The notes under the pieces: generated by a model
Database searches by the model: none
What the model was told of the DNA's origin: nothing
Seen by the model: only the letters and a program-made list of their open reading frames with translations
Shown here: piece after piece, positions 46,403-54,294 of the stretch
Position numbering within the stretch: the stretch's first letter is position 1
How the letters are laid out: every line of letters starts with the position of its first letter
Virus record (IMG/VR): IMGVR_UViG_3300020438_000053
Location: 1-54,294 of that record
Direction: 5' to 3' (one strand)
Source: a virus
Taxonomy: Duplodnaviria; Caudoviricetes
DNA: 54,294 nucleotides
Made by a program: the position numbers and the translations under genes

Positions 46403-48436
46403 ATGTTCGAAGAAACAATGACCCAACAGGTAAACGGAAAATGGTATCATAAGGACATGTCCCCCGCGGACATTATGGAGGCAGAGCGCATCAACGCCGC
46501 TCGTCAGGGCTCTGAGTCCGGTGACAAAACTCGCGGCGAGCAATTTAATGAGGACTGGATAGACCCGTGGTCAAAAATCGACGATGACGACAACTGGTTG
46601 CAAAGGATTGGAAAAACGGCAGCCGACTGGACTGCAGCTTCCCCCATGAAGCTCGGCAGCGCCATAGGCGACCAGATAGAGGATTTAATGGGGAATAACG
46701 ACGGGAAGGAGAAAGAGTGGCGCGTCAATCCCTTTGATTTCACGGAGGGCGGCGGCGAAGATTTCTGGAATGCTGTGTTTTCCTATCCGGCATTCAAGGC
46801 CGGCAAAATCGCGATGACGTCTTTGCCCGCGCTACTCAAAACGTTTAAGACGGGCGGAAAACCCGCGCTTGACCGCTACATGAGAGAAATAGTAGGTAAG
46901 ACGGGCTTCGGCGCACGAGGTACCACTAGCGCAAAGCAGCTTAAAAACAAATTTAATATATACCCCTCCAAAATAGGTTGGAAGGAAAGGTTGAAAGGAG
47001 CCACCTATCCCGCAACTATCGCCGGCGTCGGCATGGCGAGCGGGCCCCTGGACAACCCCTTCGATGACGAGGAAAAGTCGGAGAATGCCACGGTCGTAGA
47101 AGCCGGCCACCAACCGAGAGAACTCATGGAACTGGAGGAGAGGCTGGGCAGAATGCCCACGAAGGAAGAATTTGAGACGGTGTCGGATGGTAGCTATGAA
47201 GACTACGTACAGGCGATAGAATTGGCTCGTGCGCGGGTGACCCAAGGGGGTGGCCAAACACTCCCCGGCCAACCCCCTGAAAGCCTCGACCCAAATATCG
47301 ACCGCTTAGATTCTTGGAAAACTGCCCGAGAATTTTTAGAGGGGGGCATGGCGGACCACAAGAACTTCGACCCTTCTTTATTTCCTAACGACCCAGCCCA
47401 CGGCATTGATCAGGTCGCATTGCGTCAAGCTTTGCAAGGTGACGTAGACACTCATCAGATCGGCAAATACCACCAAAAGCTAAAAGATTTAGAAAACCGC
47501 AGCAATGTCGTAGACAGCCACCAGGATTTGATCGACGACTGGAAGGCTTCCAAAGGGATTGAGGGTGCGTGGAGCGAGCAAGACAAAATGAAATGGATCA
47601 TGGCCTACACCAGAGGCGAACTTGACGACTTCAAACTCAAAAGAACTCCATTTACCGACAAACCTCCAAGTCTAGACGACCCTAGCCCTACCCCCAAACC
47701 CGGTCCCGGCACCTCGCCCACCCCTAAGTCAGGCGATGAAAGTCTAGGCTTCGGAGGAAGCACGGCACCGTGGGCGCAAATCGGACTCACCGGCGGCGCC
47801 TTGGCCCTATGGTTGGCGAGCAGGGGCAAAGTCAAACCTAAATTTCCAAAACCCCCCGCTCAGTTAGGATTACCCAACAGAGTAGGTAATTTCACTATGC
47901 CGGGCGCGGGAAGACAATCTACACCTTTTTCTAAAGCCTCCCCCTATAATCCACCAAGGCCACCGAAACAGCTATCCAATTCCGGACCACGTCCCGGGCA
48001 GCCTCGACTAAGCAACAAACAGCCTCGTTTGGATAACGCCCGTCCTAACTTTTCCATGCCGGGAGGGCCAAATAGCCCTAGGCAAGGTATGCCCGGCGGA
48101 CCGCGCAGACCCCAGGCCGACGACGTATTCAACATGCCCGGTAGCCGGCCCAGACTCCAGAATACTAGACCGAATAACCCGTACTCCGAGGCAATGCCTT
48201 CCGCACCTCCGGGCGCCCCAGGCGTTCAAGTACCCGTTTCAAAAAACTGGCCGCAGTGGATGCAACCAAAAGGGCGAAGACAGCCCACCTTAGATGACTT
48301 CGGCGCAAACTGGTGGGACGACGCATTAGCAAAATCTAGTAATTTAAAAAAACACGGAGCAGCTTTGCCGTTTGTCCCCGCCGCTATGGTGGATGACCTA
48401 GACGAAAACTGGTGGGACGACGCATCGCGAAGATAA
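46403..48436 (+). CDS. putative internal virion/ejection protein
   Basis: 677 aa; one hydrophobic segment; P/R-rich C-terminus; two terminal NWWDD motifs. Confidence 0.55.
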   Translation: MFEETMTQQVNGKWYHKDMSPADIMEAERINAARQGSESGDKTRGEQFNEDWIDPWSKIDDDDNWLQRIGKTAADWTAASPMKLGSAIGDQIEDLMGNNDGKEKEWRVNPFDFTEGGGEDFWNAVFSYPAFKAGKIAMTSLPALLKTFKTGGKPALDRYMREIVGKTGFGARGTTSAKQLKNKFNIYPSKIGWKERLKGATYPATIAGVGMASGPLDNPFDDEEKSENATVVEAGHQPRELMELEERLGRMPTKEEFETVSDGSYEDYVQAIELARARVTQGGGQTLPGQPPESLDPNIDRLDSWKTAREFLEGGMADHKNFDPSLFPNDPAHGIDQVALRQALQGDVDTHQIGKYHQKLKDLENRSNVVDSHQDLIDDWKASKGIEGAWSEQDKMKWIMAYTRGELDDFKLKRTPFTDKPPSLDDPSPTPKPGPGTSPTPKSGDESLGFGGSTAPWAQIGLTGGALALWLASRGKVKPKFPKPPAQLGLPNRVGNFTMPGAGRQSTPFSKASPYNPPRPPKQLSNSGPRPGQPRLSNKQPRLDNARPNFSMPGGPNSPRQGMPGGPRRPQADDVFNMPGSRPRLQNTRPNNPYSEAMPSAPPGAPGVQVPVSKNWPQWMQPKGRRQPTLDDFGANWWDDALAKSSNLKKHGAALPFVPAAMVDDLDENWWDDASRR

Positions 48437-48448
48437 TCGGAGGTACTT

Positions 48449-51400
48449 ATGGCTTGGTGGGACGACACACTTGACCTGGGTGCCGATCGGTATCGCAAGG
48501 ACGAAGAAAACGGCATAGACGAGTTCTTGACGAAACCGTCTCAGCGGCCATATCAGCCGTTTACTCCGCAACAGCCTGCCCAACAGCAGTATCCTCAGCC
48601 TGCCCAGCAGGAGCCGGCTCAGCAGCAGCCCGCTCAACAGCAGTACCCTCAGCAGTACCCTCAGCAGTACCAATCTCCGTTAGATGAACTGGATGCTTAC
48701 GACAGCATGCAGTCCCAACAAACTATGATGGGCAAGGATGCCACGGAATTTAAAAAATCCGCAGATATATGGGAAAACCGTTACAAAAAGTTCAAAAAGG
48801 AAAAACTCGAACCCTTTTACGGTGGGCTGAATTTATTTGGGGATGTAGAAACGGATGATGATTACATCACGCACATAGACGAGGAATTCGACCGCCTTAC
48901 CAAGCTCTCAAGCGAGGAGGATGGGTTCTTTTCCTTTGGCCCTTCCGACGAGAAGATTTCGGCTAAAGAACGTCTGAAGGCCTTCGGGGGCTGGAATGCA
49001 CCTCACGGCCTCAGGGATCAGTTCCGAAAACTCAAGGAAGAGTCCGAGGGCCGAAGGTCAAGGGCCGACGAAGCCGACATAGTGAGTTCCAACATGATGG
49101 AGGCTATGTTAAACATTCCCCGCACTCAGCGCGAGGCGATGGACAGCCAGATAAAGGCTCGCAAGAAGAGCACGAGTAAAACTCCACCAAGCAAAAAGAA
49201 AACAGACGATTTGCTAGACTCGTTGCACTGGGAAAAGCCCAAGTACTGGAAAGGTGGTTTACTAAATCCGGATCGCATAGATCCCCGCACGGCACTAAAA
49301 TCTACAGGCAAAGAGTGGTGGAACGAGTACAACGCCAACGCATCCAATCAGAAGCAGAACGAACGCATGGTATCTGCCATGAAAGGCGACTTGGACGGTG
49401 TCTTAAACCGTCGTCAACAAGTTATAAAAGATCGTCGTCTACGTTCGAGAGGGGCTATGTTCTCTTACGGCAACGGCACAGTCGACGGTCATTATCCGAC
49501 GGGCTTAGCTAAAAGCGACACTGACTTGTTGGACTTGGACAGGATGCGCAAGGCCGGAATGACTGAATACAACGGTCAGCCTTTAGAAAACATGGTTGCT
49601 CAATTGGGAGGCCCTGAGCGTTTAGGAATGGCTAAAATTCTTAGTAGCGTGTATGAGGCCAAAAACAATTGGCAGGATTCCCAAATACAATTTTTAAAGT
49701 CCATTGGGAGTTCCCAATCCGATAAGCTCAAGAAAGACATGCAAGCCGCCGAAGAGCTCATGCACAAGTCGGTCTCCATAGCAGCTCAGCACGGCCTGGA
49801 CAACGAGCTATTCGAGCAGGCCGAGTCCGTCGGATGGTTGGAGAGCCTAGGCAATGCAATCACTCGCGGTGGCTTGATGAGCGAGCAGAGTAATTACACC
49901 AAGGAATTTATCACGAACACCTTGGACTTGGACGACATGCAACGTCTGATCGAGATACAGAGCGAGATCGAAGACTTGCCGGGTAGCACCGCCTTGGAGC
50001 GGTACCAAAAGATGGACAAGGGTGATACTTTGATTAAAGCGATGGGGAAGCTGGTTCTAGATGAGCCTCTAGCCGCCGTCGAAATGTTCGTGGAGTCCAT
50101 GTCCGCCTTACTCCCCACGGCCGTAAAGGTCGGTGTCCCCACGGCTGTGGGCGGTGTCATCATAGGTGCCCTGACAAAAGGCAAAGGTGGCGCGGAAATA
50201 GGTGGTCGAATTGGGGCAGCCCTCGGAATGGGACTATCATCTTTTTCTCTGGAGGCCGCCGGGAATGTCATGGAGAGCATGCAGGAGCTCAACATCAACA
50301 TTAAGGACCCCAAAGTATTTGCGGCGGCGTGGCACAACGACGTAGTTCGTAACAAGATCGTCGACAAGGCAGTTAAGAAGGGTGTACCTATAGGATTTAT
50401 GGATGCGGCTGCCGGCGGAATGGCCGGTCGTGTGTCCGCTAGCCTGGTTCATGCGAACAAAGCCATGTTCAAGGGCGGCAAGTTAATAGACGCTAAAACG
50501 TGGGCAAAATCAGTTGCGGATGTCCCGAGGTTCACCCGGTGGCAGCGCGCCAGATCCGTTGGTGCCGAGCTCGGGTTTGACGCATTCGGCGGCATGGGCG
50601 GGGAATATTTAGGTCAGGCTTGGTCCAAGGAGCCTGGCGAGGCTTGGGATTGGGATGCCATAGCAGCGGAAGGCGTGATTGGCATAGGACCCGGCGCAAT
50701 CGGGGGTGCCATAGATTATTACAACACCAGCAAGGGCCGGGTGGAATTCGAGAACGCCACCTTCAACTACTCCAATGTGCGCACTGGCCCCGAGGGCAAG
50801 AGCGGAACCATGAACCGGGCAGGGTGGATCGAGGATTTCAGAACATTCAGCAGTGCCGACGGCATGACGGACGCTCTGCTAAAGGCGGGCAATCTAAATG
50901 TTTCGACCGACCCCAACGCCCCGGCGGACAAAGCCATGTGGGTACAGGATTGGATCGCCCGTATGTGGTCAGCCAACCCCGAGAAGATGAGCAATCTCCG
51001 GGTGGTCATGAACTCCCAAAGAACCTCTGTCCGCGGTGGCGACAAATTGGGCGGGGCCTTCGAGCACGACGAGGAAGGCAATCCCGTTCTGTACATAAGC
51101 AAGGTGGGCATGAAGGACAACCCCATCGCCCACTTCATGCATGAGTCCGGGCATTTTGCTCGGGAAATGATCTTCGAGAATCCTCAGGAGATGTACGACA
51201 TGTACGACACCCTGAGCAAGCAAGATCGGCTGGAAGCTTATAGCGCGTACCACAACAAAAAGCCCGGTGTATCTTTTCACGATTTAAGCCCTGCCGAACA
51301 AAACAAAACCCAAAAGGCCTTCGACAACATGGGCCAGGAAAAGCTCGCCGAAGAGTGGTTTGCATATCAGTGGGGAGCGCTATTGGCAGGTCAAACCGTC

Positions 51401-54294
51401 GACAATACCGTGTCCGCCCCTCTAAAACAATTTTTAGATGGTCACATTAAACCGTATCTGGAAAAGTGGATAGGCGACCCTAATTTAGGAAGCAAGGAAA
51501 ATTCCGTACGACTCCAGCAAAAGGTCTTGGGGTGGATGGGGTACGACAGTTACGGCGTACCCAAGATGGGAGGAGCAGGCACCGAAGTTGATTTCGACGC
51601 CCCCAATATGCGATCCCCCGCCGGCGTCCACGTCATGGATGGGTTGAACGAGCAGGAAGGTCTCAACGCATTGGTCGATAAGCTGCGGTTGACCTACAGA
51701 ACCGAAGACGGACTTTGGGGGGAGGGCCCAGAAGGTGGGGACATGTCCGTAGAGGAGATCGTCGATGCCATGGAGGAATATATAGGCGAAGACATGTCCT
51801 CGGTTAGGGCCGCCATCCTGGATGAGCGCGAAGCACAAAACTTAGATGAGGCGGCATCCGGAATAGATCCTGAGGCACCACCACCGGCCGAACCGCTCGA
51901 CCCCGACAGACCCACGATAAAAAGTCCCTACGATTCAGATGCCGATCCTGAAGACGCCACCGCTGCCGCACCCAGCCCTGCCGAACCAACGACACGAGAC
52001 AAGGATGCCGCTCGTCGCCGCAAGCTCGGCGAATATTTCCCACAAACTTTCGTGGATTCCGCCCCCGAGGGAAAGTTCACCGTCACGGAGTCGCTACCCG
52101 GATTCCGTTCCGGCGAGCGCGGAGCCATTGGAGATCCTTCGGGCGGGGGCAAGGTCACCACCTACGACAGTCGCGAGGAAGCCGAGGCGGCAGCCAAAAA
52201 GATTCGGAAACGTCAACACGACGACATAACCGCATCCCACAAGAAGCTTACGGACGCAAAGGAAGTCCTGGAGGACGACGTTAAATTCCAGGCGGCATAT
52301 GATAAAGCCGCGGAGAAACTTGCCGATGAGTACGGGGGCGCGGAAAAGGTTCCCGACACGGCAATCGCAGCTGAGATAATCGGCTTGGAGGGCATGCGAG
52401 AAGAGTCCTACTGGGGCGACCACCACATGGGCCAAAAGCTCGCGGAAGAGGGCCTCGGAAAAACCTTGGATCACCAAGTCCTAGATCAATTGGTGTTTGA
52501 ATCCGAAGCGAAGCGCGAAGGAGCTCGAGACGCCATCCAAGGCGAGATTGACGAGCTGAAGCAGCACATGGAGAAGAACAAGGGGCTGGATCTCACCGGC
52601 GAGGAGCGCGCAGAAGGAGTGAAGCAAAAAGCTGAGTGGACTAGCCGTCTGGATGCCCTCGAGAAATACAAGGATTTGCTGATCCCTGAGGAGTATGGGG
52701 TAGACTGGAAAGACACCCCGCATCCGCTTCTAGAATGGCAATTAGTCGACAAGGATGGAAAGGCCCTTAGCAAGGCAAAGGTGTATGCCGAAACGGGAGA
52801 GCGAGGTGGCGAGGTGACCGGAAAACTTACCTTCGGTGAGATGGCACAGCAGTCCGGCAGAGTGGGAAGAACGGAAGTCAGTAAAGGCGTTTACCGCGAG
52901 ATAGGATCGTGGAACAAAACAGGTAAATGGGAGAGGAAGGACCAGCACAACCTCCAACAGAAACTACAGGAACTCGCGCGCGACCCTTCCGATGGCGGGT
53001 ATGATCCCAGCAAGCAGGCTACTGGCCCCGACGCACCGATCAGCAAGAAAAAAGAAGGCCTGACCCCCAATCAATACAGAAAACTTTTAGATGCCGTCAG
53101 AGCGGCGGAACTTTCGCCCAGTCAGTTCGACGTAGGCACGAGCCCCAAGGGCAAGATAAAAATCGATCCGAAAGGCAAGGAACTCCCCGGCGACGTTTCA
53201 GCCGGATTTTCGGCAGGCAAAGGAACACCCCTCGCGACCCTCGCCTTGGATAAGGTACAGCGACTATCCGACCAACGAGCTAAAGACGAATTCCATGCAG
53301 CTCGCGGCGGCAAGCCCGGCAAGCCCAAGGCGCCGGTACAGAAGCTTGTCATGCGCTATAAGCCGCACTCCTCGCCGGAAGCGAAGGATGGCTACGGCAT
53401 GGCACGCGACGGAATGACCGGGGAGAACACGATGGATTGGATCGAGGCGGGGCAACGTACAGCCACCACGCGACTGAAACAAAAAGGGGATTCGAAGTTC
53501 AAAGGTATCGAGGGCCTAAAGGTTGGGGACGTCGTAGAGGTCGTGGACGGAGATCGTAAACTTCTTGTAGAAGTCACGAAGGAGCCATACCCCCCAGAGA
53601 CCCTATCCGACGAAGAATGGAGCCAGTTGGAGGGCTGGGCACCGGAAGAGCACGCCAAACATGCCAAAGGAAGCCACCTACAATTTCAATATAAGCTCTA
53701 CGACCCTTCCGCCGAAGCCGCCGCATCAAGACGCCCGGATGAAAAGGTCAACCGCCGTCCACGCACATCCGAAAACACCAATCTGTCAAACCCCACCACT
53801 TACGCTTTATCCCAATACGGGGGCACGCCATACGAAAAGAGCGGTGGCTTAGTCCAAAGCCGCAAGGAATATTTGCAAGACATGTTGACCCAACGACGCT
53901 TGGATTACGTACAGGGTAAAATAGACGAGCACCTAAAGACCGGGGGTCGCACTGCGGAGGAATCCCTGAAGACCTTGAATGATTTGAAAGGGCGATTGGA
54001 CAGCATTCGCGCCAGAGGTTCCGAGGTCGACGGGTTTGGGGACTACGCTTCAGGAGTCGAAGAGGGGCCGGAATTCCCCGGCAGAACTGCGGCAAAGACC
54101 GCCCCGCCCGTTCTCGACGATCAAGGCAACGTGCTTGATCCCGGATCGCCTATGACAATCCGTTGGGATGAAGCCGTATCGGAATTTGCAGAAGGTAAGC
54201 CGAGAGAAGACGCCATAAAAGCGCTACTGGACATAATCGAGACTGACATCACGAACGACGCCAACAATCGGCGCATGCAAGTCGGCGGCCAGTT
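48449..54294 (+). CDS. giant polyvalent virion protein (at least 1948 aa, 3' partial) with zincin metallopeptidase and ASCH domains
   Basis: GGAGG then ATG 48449; no stop in the parts translated; same frame at window end; HESGH at 51140-51154 with downstream LAEEWFA; IEAGQRTATTR...KVGDVV near 53440. Confidence 0.8.
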   Translation, partial: MAWWDDTLDLGADRYRKDEENGIDEFLTKPSQRPYQPFTPQQPAQQQYPQPAQQEPAQQQPAQQQYPQQYPQQYQSPLDELDAYDSMQSQQTMMGKDATEFKKSADIWENRYKKFKKEKLEPFYGGLNLFGDVETDDDYITHIDEEFDRLTKLSSEEDGFFSFGPSDEKISAKERLKAFGGWNAPHGLRDQFRKLKEESEGRRSRADEADIVSSNMMEAMLNIPRTQREAMDSQIKARKKSTSKTPPSKKKTDDLLDSLHWEKPKYWKGGLLNPDRIDPRTALKSTGKEWWNEYNANASNQKQNERMVSAMKGDLDGVLNRRQQVIKDRRLRSRGAMFSYGNGTVDGHYPTGLAKSDTDLLDLDRMRKAGMTEYNGQPLENMVAQLGGPERLGMAKILSSVYEAKNNWQDSQIQFLKSIGSSQSDKLKKDMQAAEELMHKSVSIAAQHGLDNELFEQAESVGWLESLGNAITRGGLMSEQSNYTKEFITNTLDLDDMQRLIEIQSEIEDLPGSTALERYQKMDKGDTLIKAMGKLVLDEPLAAVEMFVESMSALLPTAVKVGVPTAVGGVIIGALTKGKGGAEIGGRIGAALGMGLSSFSLEAAGNVMESMQELNINIKDPKVFAAAWHNDVVRNKIVDKAVKKGVPIGFMDAAAGGMAGRVSASLVHANKAMFKGGKLIDAKTWAKSVADVPRFTRWQRARSVGAELGFDAFGGMGGEYLGQAWSKEPGEAWDWDAIAAEGVIGIGPGAIGGAIDYYNTSKGRVEFENATFNYSNVRTGPEGKSGTMNRAGWIEDFRTFSSADGMTDALLKAGNLNVSTDPNAPADKAMWVQDWIARMWSANPEKMSNLRVVMNSQRTSVRGGDKLGGAFEHDEEGNPVLYISKVGMKDNPIAHFMHESGHFAREMIFENPQEMYDMYDTLSKQDRLEAYSAYHNKKPGVSFHDLSPAEQNKTQKAFDNMGQEKLAEEWFAYQWGALLAGQTVDNTVSAPLKQFLDGHIKPYLEKWIGDPNLGSKENSVRLQQKVLGWMGYDSYGVPKMGGAGTEVDFDAPNMRSPAGVHVMDGLNEQEGLNALVDKLRLTYRTEDGLWGEGPEGGDMSVEEIVDAMEEYIGEDMSSVRAAILDEREAQNLDEAASGIDPEAPPPAEPLDPDRPTIKSPYDSDADPEDATAAAPSPAEPTTRDKDAARRRKLGEYFPQTFVDSAPEGKFTVTESLPGFRSGERGAIGDPSGGGKVTTYDSREEAEAAAKKIRKRQHDDITASHKKLTDAKEVLEDDVKFQAAYDKAAEKLADEYGGAEKVPDTAIAAEIIGLEGMREESYWGDHHMGQKLAEEGLGKTLDHQVLDQLVFESEAKREGARDAIQGEIDELKQHMEKNKGLDLTGEERAEGVKQKAEWTSRLDALEKYKDLLIPEEYGVDWKDTPHPLLEWQLVDKDGKALSKAKVYAETGERGGEVTGKLTFGEMAQQSGRVGRTEVSKGVYREIGSWNKTGKWERKDQHNLQQKLQELARDPSDGGYDPSKQATGPDAPISKKKEGLTPNQYRKLLDAVRAAELSPSQFDVGTSPKGKIKIDPKGKELPGDVSAGFSAGKGTPLATLALDKVQRLSDQRAKDEFHAARGGKPGKPKAPVQKLVMRYKPHSSPEAKDGYGMARDGMTGENTMDWIEAGQRTATTRLKQKGDSKFKGIEGLKVGDVVEVVDGDRKLLVEVTKEPYPPETLSDEEWSQLEGWAPEEHAKHAKGSHLQFQYKLYDPSAEAAASRRPDEKVNRRPRTSENTNLSNPTTYALSQYGGTPYEKSGGLVQSRKEYLQDMLTQRRLDYVQGKIDEHLKTGGRTAEESLKTLNDLKGRLDSIRARGSEVDGFGDYASGVEEGPEFPGRTAAKTAPPVLDDQGNVLDPGSPMTIRWDEAVSEFAEGKPREDAIKALLDIIETDITNDANNRRMQVGGQ

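Noticed and set aside
43585-48436. Portal protein beside terL
   Set aside because: The flanking ORFs lack portal-like features; the portal is probably outside the window.
49104-54095. Many short ORFs in the track across 49-54 kb
   Set aside because: They are shadows of the single long frame starting at 48449.
48449-54294. N4-like virion RNA polymerase
   Set aside because: I recognised no polymerase catalytic motifs in the visible part; it cannot be excluded beyond the window.

Overview
The window is a 54 kb piece of a tailed dsDNA phage genome, probably podovirus-like. A marine Verrucomicrobiota/Planctomycetota-type host is only a guess. Layout: (1) 1-12.4 kb, + strand: small lysis-type membrane genes, scaffold, N4-gp56-like major capsid, and head-tail and tail proteins. 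(2) 13-24.3 kb, - strand: replication block with primase-helicase, dNMP kinase, family A DNA polymerase, SSB, Cas4-like nuclease, SF2 helicase, sigma-region-4 protein, NrdR-like Zn ribbon, methylase, RuvC-like resolvase and RHH protein. (3) 24.3-25.7 kb: repeat-rich control/origin region. (4) 25.7-38.9 kb, + strand: A/C-rich early/accessory block with a ParB-like protein, a Ro60/TROVE-like vWA protein, two HhH-GPD glycosylases, WYL-like, DUF932 and gp88-like proteins, rIIB, HNH and rIIA. (5) 39.3 kb to the end: terminases, basic and internal virion proteins, and a polyvalent protein of more than 1900 aa missing from the ORF track. The main non-coding signals read by eye are: a Ro60-like gene flanked by two structured RNAs that share a motif; five copies of a covarying compact pseudoknot at gene boundaries; a GNRA-hairpin array; and a late-promoter box exactly 44 nt upstream of six start codons, implying leaderless mRNAs. 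All family calls come from motif recognition, not database searches.
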